Assembly: GCA_963806035.1 (NCBI GenBank) | Contig: CAWDWO010000016.1 | Coordinates: forward strand, 74,581 to 138,580 | DNA from: Candidatus Krumholzibacteriota bacterium | GTDB taxonomy: Bacteria > Krumholzibacteriota > Krumholzibacteriia > JAJRXK01 | Length of the DNA: 64,000 bases | Direction: 5' to 3' | Shown here: positions 31,971-41,802 of the stretch, piece by piece | How the letters are laid out: the number at the start of each line of letters is the position of its first letter | How positions within the stretch are numbered: position 1 is the first letter of the stretch | Translations under genes and position numbers: made by a program | Notes under the pieces: model-generated | Seen by the model: only the letters and a program-made list of their open reading frames with translations | What the model was told of the DNA's origin: nothing | Database searches by the model: none

Positions 31971-33234
31971 GCTACCCCTGGTCATGATCAGCGAGTATCT
32001 GGTGCGCGTGCGGTCGCGGGCCTTCATCATTTCGACTCTGCTGGGCCCCATCCTCCTGCTGGCAATCTCGCTGGGTCCCGCTCTACTCGCATCGCGCACT
32101 TCCGAAGGCGCGCGCACGGTCATGGTGATCGACGACAGCGGGGACAGCGGGCTCTTCACCAGTCTGCAGGGCGAGATCGGCGACCCCCAGGTGGGCGGAG
32201 AAAGGAACATCAGGCTCCAATTGTGGGGCGAGGGAAATTCGCTCGACTCGGCGCTCACGCAGCTGGCCCCCGAAGTGGGCAACGGCAACTACGACGGTGT
32301 GCTCTACATACCGCCCTCTTTTCTGCAAAAGGGCGATGCCACTCTCTACGGCTCGAATCCCTCGGGCGTGGTTTGGGCGGACCCCGTGGAAGACGCGCTG
32401 GGACGAGTTCTCATTCAAGAGCACTTGAAGAGCTACGGAATCGACAAGAGTGAGCTCGATCGAGTGATGATGGGCGCGAATCTCCACGCCGAAGACATCG
32501 CGCGCGACAAGACGGGCAAGAAGGGATCGATGGAAATGAGGCTCGCGGTGGGCTTCGTGCTGGTCTTCCTGCTGTACATGATGATCCTCGCCTACGGAAT
32601 CCAATCGATGAATTCCGTCATCGAAGACAAGACCTCGCGCGTGGTCGAGGTGATGCTCGCCAGCGTGACTCCCACCGTCCTCATGGCGGGGAAGATCGTG
32701 GCTAGCGCGCTGGTCGGTCTCACGCAATTCGCGATCTGGGGAATCATCGCCACCGGTCTCATCGGACAGGGGCTCTTTTCCCTGCCCGCGAATCTCGATC
32801 TGTCCTTTCTCACTCCGGCCATCTGGCTCGCCTTCGCTGCCTTCTTTCTCTTGGGGTACCTGCTCTTCGCCTGTCTCTATGCGGCCATCGGGGCGCTCTG
32901 CAACAGCACGCAGGACGCTCAGCAATTCCAGATGCCGGTGACGATTCTGGTCGTCATCCCCATGCTCTTGCTCCAGGTCGTGATGCAGAATCCCAACGGC
33001 AGCATTGCCGTGGTCTTTTCGCTCATCCCGGTCTTCACTCCCATCATGATGTTCGTACGCATCGCGTTGGGGAATCCTCCGCTCTGGCAGATCATCCTGA
33101 GTCTCGTACTCCTGGCGGCCACGGTCGGCTTCATGGCAAAGGTGACGGGGAAGCTCTTCAGGCTGTCCATTCTCAGCTTCGGCAAGTCCCCGAGCTGGAA
33201 GCAGGTCGTGAGGATGCTGCGTTCGCCCGAATGA
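31963..33234 (+). CDS. ABC-2 type permease (NatB/YhaP-like)
   Basis: N-terminal TM, an extracytoplasmic domain, EDKTSRVVEVMLAS and six C-terminal TM helices. Confidence 0.92.
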   Translation: MNKLPLVMISEYLVRVRSRAFIISTLLGPILLLAISLGPALLASRTSEGARTVMVIDDSGDSGLFTSLQGEIGDPQVGGERNIRLQLWGEGNSLDSALTQLAPEVGNGNYDGVLYIPPSFLQKGDATLYGSNPSGVVWADPVEDALGRVLIQEHLKSYGIDKSELDRVMMGANLHAEDIARDKTGKKGSMEMRLAVGFVLVFLLYMMILAYGIQSMNSVIEDKTSRVVEVMLASVTPTVLMAGKIVASALVGLTQFAIWGIIATGLIGQGLFSLPANLDLSFLTPAIWLAFAAFFLLGYLLFACLYAAIGALCNSTQDAQQFQMPVTILVVIPMLLLQVVMQNPNGSIAVVFSLIPVFTPIMMFVRIALGNPPLWQIILSLVLLAATVGFMAKVTGKLFRLSILSFGKSPSWKQVVRMLRSPE

Positions 33235-33373
33235 GCTTCATTCGCTCGGTTCTTTGCGGGCACGCCGGCTTTGCCTACTATTATTGCTCTTTGCCAATCT
33301 CCGTGGGCCGGTGGACAAGCTGCCGTCACGGCTGAGATGGCGCGTCCACGAGCTCCAATAACAGGTTTCAACC

Positions 33374-35080
33374 ATGACTTCCAGCAACTCTCTTGGTGCC
33401 GGTTCCCTCTTGCTTTCCGCCGAGGAAGCCTCCTCCTGGCTGACGAAAAGCCGCAACTGGCCCTCCCACCGCCTGAGCGAAATCGAACTGTGCGATCTGG
33501 GCCTGCTGCTCAACGGCGGGTTTTCCCCTCTGACCGGCTTCTTGAACAAAGAGGACACGGAGTCGGTGCTCGCGGAGATGCGCCTGAAGAACGGGCAACT
33601 GTGGCCCATGCCGATCAACCTGGAACTTGATGAGAAGACAGCCCTGGCGGCGGAGAAAGCGGGATACCTGGCACTGCGCGACGTGGAAGGAACCGTCCTC
33701 GCGGTACTCGAAGTGCAAGACGTGTGGCCCCTGGACAGCCGCGCCATGGCGGAGGGGCTCTTCGGTCACTGCGATGAAGCACATCCCACCGTCGCCCGGC
33801 TTCTGGCCAGCGAAGCCACGCACCTGGCGGGGGGGAAGCTGCACGGTCTGCAGATGCCCAGGCAGTATCTCTATCCGCAGTTGCACCACAGTCCGGCCGA
33901 GCTACGCGCGCTTTTCGAGCAGAAGGGTTGGAAGAAGGTCGTCGCCTTCCAGACCCGCAATCCGATGCACCGCGCACATTTCGAGATCACGAAGCTGGCG
34001 GCCGAATCCGTCGGTGCGAAGGTTCTGCTGCATCCGGTGGTGGGAGTGACCCGCCCGGGCGACGTTCCGGCCGTGGTGCGTGTGCGCTGCTATGAAGAAC
34101 TCTTGCCGCACTACGGAGAGGATGGAGCCGCGCTCTCGCTCCTTTCCCTGGCGATGCGCATGGCGGGACCGCGCGAAGCCCTGTGGCATTCTCTCATTCG
34201 GCGCAACTACGGCGCGACGCATTTCATCATCGGCCGCGACCACGCCGGACCCGGCATGAACTCGCAGGGAAAACCATTTCACGGTCCCTACGACGCCCAA
34301 GAACTGGTGGAAAAGTACTCCGACGAAATCGGCCTCACCGTCGTCCCACTGCGGATGGTGGTCTACGATCCCGAAAAAGAAGCCTACGTCACGCAGGACA
34401 AGGCGAGCGAATCCTCGAAGTCCTATCAGCTTTCCGGTACCGAGTTGCGGCGCCGCCTGGCTGAGGGCGAGGAGATTCCCGACTGGTTCACGTTTCCTGA
34501 AGTGGCGAAAATTCTGCGGCGCGCCTATCCCCCGCGTGAGGAGCAGGGCTTTACCGTGTTCTTCACCGGACTGTCCGCCTCGGGCAAATCGACCCTGGCC
34601 CAGGCGCTCATGGCGCGCCTTCAGATCGACACCGGCCGGGACGTCACGCTATTGGACGGCGACGTCGTGCGCACCAATCTCTCCTCCGAGCTGGGATTTT
34701 CCAAAGAGCACCGCGATCTCAACATCACCCGCATCGGTTACGTCGCCTCGGAGATCACGCGTCACGGGGGAATCGCCCTCTGCGCTCCGATCGCTCCTTA
34801 CGACCGCGCGCGCAAGAACGTGCGCGAGCTGGTCGAGGCTCGCGGCGGCTTCGCTCTGGTGCACGTGAGCACTCCGCTCGAGGAGTGCGAGCGGCGCGAT
34901 CCGAAGGGTCTGTACGCGAAGGCTCGGGCTGGAATCGTGAAGGGTTTCACCGGGATCGACGACCCCTACGAGATCCCCGAAGACGCGGAACTCGAGATCG
35001 ACACCACCTCGATCGAACCGGACGAGGCGGCGGAGCGCATCCTGGAGCACCTGAAAGCGGAAGGCTATTTGAGCCGCTGA
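33374..35080 (+). CDS. sat: Bifunctional sulfate adenylyltransferase/adenylylsulfate kinase (Sat-CysC)
   Basis: GGFSPL, QTRNPMHRAH, GRDHAG, then an APS kinase domain with GLSASGKS, LDGD, RDPKGLY and FTGIDDPYE. Confidence 0.95.
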   Translation: MTSSNSLGAGSLLLSAEEASSWLTKSRNWPSHRLSEIELCDLGLLLNGGFSPLTGFLNKEDTESVLAEMRLKNGQLWPMPINLELDEKTALAAEKAGYLALRDVEGTVLAVLEVQDVWPLDSRAMAEGLFGHCDEAHPTVARLLASEATHLAGGKLHGLQMPRQYLYPQLHHSPAELRALFEQKGWKKVVAFQTRNPMHRAHFEITKLAAESVGAKVLLHPVVGVTRPGDVPAVVRVRCYEELLPHYGEDGAALSLLSLAMRMAGPREALWHSLIRRNYGATHFIIGRDHAGPGMNSQGKPFHGPYDAQELVEKYSDEIGLTVVPLRMVVYDPEKEAYVTQDKASESSKSYQLSGTELRRRLAEGEEIPDWFTFPEVAKILRRAYPPREEQGFTVFFTGLSASGKSTLAQALMARLQIDTGRDVTLLDGDVVRTNLSSELGFSKEHRDLNITRIGYVASEITRHGGIALCAPIAPYDRARKNVRELVEARGGFALVHVSTPLEECERRDPKGLYAKARAGIVKGFTGIDDPYEIPEDAELEIDTTSIEPDEAAERILEHLKAEGYLSR

Positions 35081-35092
35081 ACGGGGAGGATC

Positions 35093-35959
35093 TCAGCTGT
35101 GCCCATCGCGGCTGAGATCACCGTAACCCAGTCTCTGCAACCATCCGCTGCCGCATCTGCTCTGATAGAACTCGCGCAGCGTCGCATCCTCCAAGAATCG
35201 GAAGCGGGGACCGCGCTCGGCCAGCGCCGCCGCTTTGGCGATGCGTTCGGGCCCCGATTCGAGGCCGAGAAACTCGACGACTTTCTGCAGAGCCACCACC
35301 GGATTTTCCAGAAGATCCTCGTAGCACAACACGAGTTCGGGTAGCTCGAATCGCTCGCGATTGTCGTGGTGCAAGTCGAGGTAGTCCTCCCAGAGCTCAA
35401 AAGCGCGGGAGAGTTCGAGACAGCGCGGCGAGGCAAAGCGATTCAGGTGAAGATCGAGCAGGTAGCGCGCGTTCTCATCCTGGGTGAGTTCCTTGCGGGC
35501 GCGTCGCCAGAGGCTCGCGGCCACGTCGATTCCATTGCGGTGCACGGTGATGGCTCTCGCCCGCGGGAAGACCGAAAGCCACAGGGGCCAGGTCGCGGTG
35601 GTGCGCGGATCTTTCCAGCCCCACAGCAGGGGCTCGCTGGACATGAATGCGCGCAGGCGCGCCGGACCCACGTAGCGGCGCAAGAAGGCGAGACCTTCGA
35701 CCCTGCGCTTCAGCTCCTGCGCGAGGGCGGAGGCGGTTTCCTCCCGCTCCAGGACGTAGCGCAGCGGCCTGGGATCGTCCCAAGCTCCGTGCGCCCGCTG
35801 CAGGAGCCAATCGTTCGCATCGAGGATGAAGATCGACTCATGGTGCATTTCGAGATTGCGGCCCAGATGCATCCCCAGCTCGGCCAGCATCTTCGCGAGC
35901 AAAGTGGTGCCGGAACGGTGCATGCCCAGAAGCAGGACCGGGTCGTCTCGTTTCAACAT
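35093..35959 (-). CDS. Sulfotransferase family protein
   Basis: 5'-PSB motif GMHRSGTT, WGWKDPR, HRNGIDVAAS (3'-PB) and YEDL. Confidence 0.88.
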   Translation of the reverse strand: MLKRDDPVLLLGMHRSGTTLLAKMLAELGMHLGRNLEMHHESIFILDANDWLLQRAHGAWDDPRPLRYVLEREETASALAQELKRRVEGLAFLRRYVGPARLRAFMSSEPLLWGWKDPRTTATWPLWLSVFPRARAITVHRNGIDVAASLWRRARKELTQDENARYLLDLHLNRFASPRCLELSRAFELWEDYLDLHHDNRERFELPELVLCYEDLLENPVVALQKVVEFLGLESGPERIAKAAALAERGPRFRFLEDATLREFYQSRCGSGWLQRLGYGDLSRDGHS

Positions 35960-35984
35960 GAATGGGTTCCCCCAGGGAGATGGG

Positions 35985-36536
35985 CTAACGCTTGAAGTAA
36001 CGTTCGTGAACGCACTCTCCGGTCACGACGTCGTTGCCGTAGAGATCGATAAATTCGACTTTGGGCAGAGGCCTGGCTTCCTCCAGGGTAACGTAGATTC
36101 GCTCGATGGCCGCGGAGTGGCCGTTGATACGAGTGATCGCAACCCACCGGTCCGCCTTTCGCTCCACTCGAACCATGCGACGAATGTCCGCCGCCATGTC
36201 CATGAGAACGGTGCCGTCGTCCAGCACTCTCGTGCTGAATCCGTAGGCCAGCTTGCGCTCCAGCAGGCTCAACTGCTGCCGTCTACCGTCCTCGGCCTTA
36301 CGAATCCAATAGCTGATGACCGGGTCGTCCCGGTTCAAGCTGCCGTCTTCTCTCAAGACCACGTCGTATTGCACGATGTTGGCGTTTTGTGACCGTTCGA
36401 TGTTGAAAAGATGTTGTGTATGCGCCGGCCAGTTTTCATTCCCCAAAGCGCTTCGAGGCATCGTCACGCCGACGATGACGCACAGGATGAGTATCGTCGA
36501 AAGCTTTGGCGCTTCTTCGCGCGCGATCGCTGCCAT
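35985..36536 (-). CDS. Secreted DUF4833-like protein
   Basis: Hydrophobic N-terminus, LFNIERSQNANIVQYD, YW and ERKLAYG motifs recalled from DUF4833. Confidence 0.7.
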   Translation of the reverse strand: MAAIAREEAPKLSTILILCVIVGVTMPRSALGNENWPAHTQHLFNIERSQNANIVQYDVVLREDGSLNRDDPVISYWIRKAEDGRRQQLSLLERKLAYGFSTRVLDDGTVLMDMAADIRRMVRVERKADRWVAITRINGHSAAIERIYVTLEEARPLPKVEFIDLYGNDVVTGECVHERYFKR

Positions 36537-36538
36537 GA

Positions 36539-37015
36539 CTAATCCTCGGCATCGTCCCCCAGAGAGATTTCGTTGGGCAGTTCGTTTAGGTCCTTGCCTT
36601 CACCAGCATACGGGAAATGGGTGGCGAGACGGTTGCCAATTTCCAGAATCGCATCGCTCAAGGCTTGGGCGAACTCCCCTTGACGAAACTTAAGGACGAG
36701 ATCGGCCACGATGCCATCCCAGAAGCCATCTTCGACCTTTTCATGGATTCCTCGGTCCCCCAGGACCGCGACGCGGCGGTCCGAGATCGACAGGTAGATG
36801 AGAACGCCGTTCCTCAGAGCGGTCTCGGTCATCCCGAGATCCTCGAAGATGTCCCGCCCACGGTAGTAGGGATCGCCGCCGGGGCATTTTTTTTCGATGT
36901 GAACCCGAATCTCTCCGCTCGTGAGCTTTTCGGCCGCCTCGATCGCCTCGACGATGCGGGCGTTCTCGTCCGGAAGCAGGAAGTCCGAGGGATTCTTGCC
37001 TCGTGATACGCGCAT
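36539..37015 (-). CDS. TPM domain protein (short)
   Basis: AEKLTSGEIRVHIE, RNGVLIY, GDRGIH, NELPNEIS. Confidence 0.9.
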   Translation of the reverse strand: MRVSRGKNPSDFLLPDENARIVEAIEAAEKLTSGEIRVHIEKKCPGGDPYYRGRDIFEDLGMTETALRNGVLIYLSISDRRVAVLGDRGIHEKVEDGFWDGIVADLVLKFRQGEFAQALSDAILEIGNRLATHFPYAGEGKDLNELPNEISLGDDAED

Positions 37016-37017
37016 CG

Positions 37018-37803
37018 CTACCAACCTCCGCTTGCGCCGCCGCCGCCGAAACCGCCGCCGCCGCCGATGAATCCTCCGCCGCCAAAGCCGCCGCCCCCGC
37101 CAAATCCACCCCCGCGACCGCCGCCGCCGAAGAAGATGAAGGGGCCCCCGCGTCCGTGCCGGCCGCGACCCGCCCTTCCGATCACGCGGAAGAAGATGAA
37201 GATGAGGAGGAAGAGGATGGGCAGGGGTAGTCCCCGGCTGCTCTTGTCGCGCTTCTGATCGCCCAGGCTCCTTCCCGAGCCTTGGTATTCCCCGCGGCTG
37301 GCCGCCATGATGGCGGACACGCCGGCCCAGACCGCGTCAACGGCATGCCCGGCCTGCAGGCGCGGTCGCATTTCGTTCTGGATGATCGAGAAGGACATGG
37401 CGTCGGTGACCGCCCCCTCCAGACCGTACCCGACCTCGATGCGGATCTTGTGGTCCTCGGAATAGATCGCCAGGAGAATCCCGTTGTCGCGGCCCTTGCG
37501 TCCCATGCCCCAGGCCTCGGCCACCCGGTGGGTATAGTCCTGGATCTCCTGCCCGTGCAGAGAGCGGAAGATTGCCACCACCAGCTGGTTGCTCGTGCTG
37601 CGTTCGAAGGCCTGGAGTGAATCCGCCAGCGAGTGTTCCTGCGCGGGGCTCAGCCAATCCGCCTCGTCATAGACGTAGTGCGCCGGGGGAGGAGGGATCT
37701 CAGTGGAATCGGCGCGCGCCAGTCCCCAAAAGAGAAATAGAATCGTGCCCACGACGAAAACCCGCGTCGTGGAGGAGAGTCTCTGCGATTTGGACAGTCT
37801 CAT
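37018..37803 (-). CDS. TPM domain membrane protein (YgcG-like) with a Gly-rich tail
   Basis: DNGILL, IRIEVGYGLEG, a TM helix and C-terminal GGGGGFGGGGASGGW. Confidence 0.92.
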   Translation of the reverse strand: MRLSKSQRLSSTTRVFVVGTILFLFWGLARADSTEIPPPPAHYVYDEADWLSPAQEHSLADSLQAFERSTSNQLVVAIFRSLHGQEIQDYTHRVAEAWGMGRKGRDNGILLAIYSEDHKIRIEVGYGLEGAVTDAMSFSIIQNEMRPRLQAGHAVDAVWAGVSAIMAASRGEYQGSGRSLGDQKRDKSSRGLPLPILFLLIFIFFRVIGRAGRGRHGRGGPFIFFGGGGRGGGFGGGGGFGGGGFIGGGGGFGGGGASGGW

Positions 37804-37804
37804 C

Positions 37805-38398
37805 TCAGAACTTGACCTTCGGAACTTCCTCGGCGCCCGCCTCCGCCTGGAAGTACTGCTTCTTTTGGAGCCCCGTCAGGTTCGCGATGATGCTGGCGGG
37901 AAAGCGCCGGATCTTGGTGTTGAAGGCTCGTGCCGCGTCGTTGTAGTGCTTGCGCTCGACGGCGATCCGGTTCTCCGTGCCCTCGAGCTGGCTCTGCAGG
38001 GTGAGATAATTTTGATTGGCCTTCAGATCGGGATAGCGCTCGACCGTGACCAAGAGCCGCGACAGCGCGCCACTCAACGCCCCCTGTGCCTCTTGGAATT
38101 TCTGAAAGGTCTGAGGATCGTTCACCACGTCACTGCTCAAGCTCGCCTGAATCTGTGTCGCCTTCGCTCTGGCTTCGATCACGTCGGTGAGCGTCTCTTT
38201 CTCGAAGTTGGCCGCTCCTTTGACCGTTTCCACCAGGTTGGGGATGAGATCCGCGCGTCTCTGGTAGACGTTCTCGACCTGCGACCATGAGCTTTCCACG
38301 CTCTCTTCCAGGCTGACCATGCTGTTGTAGGACGAGCAGGAAGAGAACCCGATCAGCACCACGATGAGCAAAAGAACGAGAGGGAAGGTTTTTTTCAT
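37805..38398 (-). CDS. lemA: LemA family protein
   Basis: YQRRADLIPNLVETVKG, ERYPDLKAN, LEGTENRI; canonical lemA-TPM-TPM operon. Confidence 0.95.
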   Translation of the reverse strand: MKKTFPLVLLLIVVLIGFSSCSSYNSMVSLEESVESSWSQVENVYQRRADLIPNLVETVKGAANFEKETLTDVIEARAKATQIQASLSSDVVNDPQTFQKFQEAQGALSGALSRLLVTVERYPDLKANQNYLTLQSQLEGTENRIAVERKHYNDAARAFNTKIRRFPASIIANLTGLQKKQYFQAEAGAEEVPKVKF

Positions 38399-38541
38399 GA
38401 TGAACTTCTCCGGAAAAGATGGGGGCGTGAGTTCACGGGATTGCCTTTAGTCCCTCATAAGGGATAAGCCTAACTCGTCACCGCCGCACGACGCGCTTTC
38501 CCCGCGCACAATACGCTTCTTTCCCATGATATACTTGCTCC

Positions 38542-39699
38542 ATGCGCAATCACGGAAGCAAAATTCTCATCGGGATCTTCGGGCTCGGCGTGCTGCTCCT
38601 TTCCTTCGGGCTGCGCGACCCGCTTCTGCCCTGGATGGCCCCCTCGGGAGCGGAGCAAGCCAACGCATCCGCCACGCCCGATAAGGGCGCGCCATTCTTG
38701 AAGTCGCAGGGCCTGAACGATCGTCTATTCCTGCTCGAGCGAGAGAACGAAGAGCTCGCGAGCCGTGTGCAGCAACTCGACTCGCTTCAGACCGCGCTGT
38801 TGAAGCGACTCGAATCGGTGGAGTCCAGACCCCACCTGCGACCTCTGCAGGATTACGCGATTCCCGATTCGATCGGTTTCTGTGGCGAAGTGGTGTCCCT
38901 GGCCGATTCGCCAGCCCGCGAACGCTTCGAAGCCGAATTCTACCGCTTGCTCGTCAACCGCCACTGGCTGGTGCGATGGATGCGCCGCAGCCGCGAGGTG
39001 TTTCCGCTCATCGAAACCCGCATCGCTCACGCGGGCATGCCTGACGATTTGAAATACGTTGCCGTCATCGAAAGCTCTCTCGACCCGCGTGCCGTGAGTT
39101 CCGCTGGAGCCGTCGGCTATTGGCAATTCACGGGATCGACGGGACGCCGCTTCGGCTTGATCCACAACCGGAGTCTGGACCAACGAAGGGATCTCGCCGA
39201 GGCCACAGACGCCGCCCTGCGCTATCTATCCGAACTGCACGAGGAGTTCGGATCCTGGGCGCTCTCCCTGGCGGGCTACAATGCTGGCGAGAATCGTATC
39301 CGCGGCGCCATCGAGGATCAGGGGCAGAGCGACTATCACCGCCTCGTGCTTCCGCGCGAGACCGAGGGCTACTGGTACAAGGCCGCCGCGGTCAAACTCC
39401 TCTTCGAGCACGCGGCCGACTACGACTTCGATTTTCCCAAGGAAGCAGCTCAGGTCGTGGCCTGCGACACTCTGCTCGTCTCCCTCGATCGCAGCACGCC
39501 GATTCTCGATTTTCTGGGTGACTCGGGAATGGACTACTGGGAATTCAAGGATTTCAACCCCGCGTATCGGCGCCCGGAAATCCCCCGGGGAAAGCACAAA
39601 CTCGCGATTCCCAAGCAGTATGCGGCAGCCATCTCGTCACGATACCCGCGCGCGCGCTTGCAGCTCAGCGCGGTGCCTTCCACACAGTCTCGGCCGTGA
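38542..39699 (+). CDS. Lytic transglycosylase (MltD-like SLT domain)
   Basis: IESS catalytic Glu, AVGYWQF, AGYNAGE, LPRET; N-terminal TM plus coiled coil. Confidence 0.88.
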   Translation: MRNHGSKILIGIFGLGVLLLSFGLRDPLLPWMAPSGAEQANASATPDKGAPFLKSQGLNDRLFLLERENEELASRVQQLDSLQTALLKRLESVESRPHLRPLQDYAIPDSIGFCGEVVSLADSPARERFEAEFYRLLVNRHWLVRWMRRSREVFPLIETRIAHAGMPDDLKYVAVIESSLDPRAVSSAGAVGYWQFTGSTGRRFGLIHNRSLDQRRDLAEATDAALRYLSELHEEFGSWALSLAGYNAGENRIRGAIEDQGQSDYHRLVLPRETEGYWYKAAAVKLLFEHAADYDFDFPKEAAQVVACDTLLVSLDRSTPILDFLGDSGMDYWEFKDFNPAYRRPEIPRGKHKLAIPKQYAAAISSRYPRARLQLSAVPSTQSRP

Positions 39700-41686
39700 A
39701 CGTGTCCTCCACCTGGATTGCGTCGACGACGTCCATTCCCTGCGCCACTTTGCCGATGATCGTGTAACGAGCGTCGAGATGCGGCTGGGGCGAGTGGGTG
39801 ATGAAGAGCTGGCAGCTTCCGGTATCCTTGCCGTTGGTTGCGATCCCCACGGTTCCCCGCTCGAAGCGCAGCGAGCTCCACTCGCTTCTGAGAAGATAAC
39901 CAGCGTCGCCCCAACCCGTGCCGAGGGGATCTCCGCCCTGGATCACGAAGTTGGGTACGACTCGATGGAAATCGAGCCCATCGAAAAATCCCGAATCGGC
40001 GAGCCGCGCGAAACTCTCGCAGGACTGAGGCGACACGTCGAAAGAGAGATCGATGACGATCTCGCCGCGCGAGGTGTGCAGGATGAGTTCGCGCGCGTCG
40101 CTCTCGCCGACAAGAGGCGGCTGCTCGGGTGAACGCTGAATGGGGCGGACGTCCATCACGATGTCCTCCACCTTCGGCAATCCCGCCGCTTCCTTCTCGG
40201 GTAGAATTTGCGCCAGGGAGTTGCGGGCCGCGACGCGCAGACGGCGATCGTTACTCTCGCTCAGAACCTGTTTGAGGATCGCGGTGGCCTTTGCCGCTTT
40301 GAGTTGACCCAAAGACGTGAGCGCGGCCTCGCACACGCCGAGTTCGCGTCGTTGATCCCACAGCTGATAGCATTCCAGCAGGGGGTCGATGGCGCTCTCA
40401 TCCCCCAGCTTTCCCAGATCGGTCGCGGCGGTGGTGGCCACCGTCCAGTCGTCGTCCTTCAATGCGGACTTCAGAGTGGAAAGGGAGTTCTCACCGCCGA
40501 GCGAGGCCAGGCCCTCCAGCGCGTGCGGGCGAATCTCCATGTCGGTGTGCTGTGTGAAGGCCGCGTTCAGGGTCGCTCGCGCATCCGCGTCGGGATGCTC
40601 GCCGAGCAGCTCGTAGCATTCCCCTCGCACCACTCCGGAGGAGTCCTGGAGTCCTTCGCGCAACTTGGTCGCGGCGTCCTCGGGCAGGTTGGCCGCCAGC
40701 GCCGCGTAGGCGGCCAGCCTCACCACGGTGCAAGTATCCTGACACGCCGCGAGAAGGGCAGAGGGATCGGAGATGGGCGCCAAGGCCTGCAGCGCGCCGA
40801 GGGCGGCCGCCCGCGCGTGAAAGACCTCGTCACCGAGCATGGTCAAGAGCTGTGGCGCGGCTTCCTTCGCACCCAGCTGTCCCAGCGTGCGCGCCGCGTT
40901 CACGCGCACCGCCCACTCGCTCTCGTGCAAGCGCGAGACGAGCGCGTTTTCCGCGTCGAGGGCGAGGGGAGGACCGATCTGTCCCAGACCCTTTGCGGCG
41001 AAGGCACGCACCAGAGCGCTGGAGTGCCCCAGCAATTCGATCTCGCGCTGCACCGCGCGTTGATCCTGGAACTTCCCCAGGGCATATGCGGCGCGCCAGG
41101 CCACCGATTCCACCGGGTCGTGACTGGCTCGCACGATCGCGTCCACCGAGCTGGAATCGGCCAGAAGGGCCAAGCTCTCCAGAGCCTGCTCTCGAACCAG
41201 GGGATGAGGGTGCAAGAGTCCGCGCATGACCTCGGTGGCGGTGCCCGGTTGATCGACCCGGCCCAGGGCGAGGAGAATCTGCCCGAGAACTTCCGGGGAC
41301 CCCCGCCGTCCCGAGCCAGCCATGAGCGAGAGTTCCTTTTCTGCTCCGGCGAGAAGGGCCACCGCCGAGTCCGAGGTGGGAATGAGTCCCAGAGCGAAAG
41401 CGGCCTGCTCGCGCACCTCGGGTCTCCGATCGTCGCGCAGGGTTTCCGCGAGATGCGGAACCGCCTCGGGCCGGCCGATGCGCCCCAACGCCAGGGCGGC
41501 CGCGGCGCGCACCAAATAGGAGGATTCGTGGAGGTAGGAATAGAGACTGTCGCCCGGGATGACGCGGGCGTCCTCCCAGCCCTGAATTTTCATCATGCTG
41601 GCCGGGATGTCAGTTCGCGCGCAGGCAGAGAGTTGAGAGAGCAGCGCAGAGAGAACCAGAACACAAAGAGAACGCGGACACGTCAT
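39665..41686 (-). CDS. HEAT-repeat lipoprotein fused to a cyclophilin-type peptidyl-prolyl isomerase
   Basis: Lipobox LSAC, many HEAT repeats (VRAAAALALGRIG), and C-terminal FHRVVPNFVIQGGDP...CQLFITH..PHLD. Confidence 0.88.
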   Translation of the reverse strand: MTCPRSLCVLVLSALLSQLSACARTDIPASMMKIQGWEDARVIPGDSLYSYLHESSYLVRAAAALALGRIGRPEAVPHLAETLRDDRRPEVREQAAFALGLIPTSDSAVALLAGAEKELSLMAGSGRRGSPEVLGQILLALGRVDQPGTATEVMRGLLHPHPLVREQALESLALLADSSSVDAIVRASHDPVESVAWRAAYALGKFQDQRAVQREIELLGHSSALVRAFAAKGLGQIGPPLALDAENALVSRLHESEWAVRVNAARTLGQLGAKEAAPQLLTMLGDEVFHARAAALGALQALAPISDPSALLAACQDTCTVVRLAAYAALAANLPEDAATKLREGLQDSSGVVRGECYELLGEHPDADARATLNAAFTQHTDMEIRPHALEGLASLGGENSLSTLKSALKDDDWTVATTAATDLGKLGDESAIDPLLECYQLWDQRRELGVCEAALTSLGQLKAAKATAILKQVLSESNDRRLRVAARNSLAQILPEKEAAGLPKVEDIVMDVRPIQRSPEQPPLVGESDARELILHTSRGEIVIDLSFDVSPQSCESFARLADSGFFDGLDFHRVVPNFVIQGGDPLGTGWGDAGYLLRSEWSSLRFERGTVGIATNGKDTGSCQLFITHSPQPHLDARYTIIGKVAQGMDVVDAIQVEDTFTAETVWKAPR

Positions 41687-41802
41687 GCCGAAGCTCCGAA
41701 GGGGGTGCGCCGTGCAAGGTGACGCACGGAGATTAGACGGGTGAGGGAAATAGGGCAAGAGCAGCTTGGAGCGTGATCTTCGCGGTGCTAGCCTCTTGAG
41801 TC

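Noticed and set aside
37018..37135. (CCG)n-like low-complexity tract
   Set aside because: It encodes the usual Gly-rich tail of TPM/YgcG proteins.
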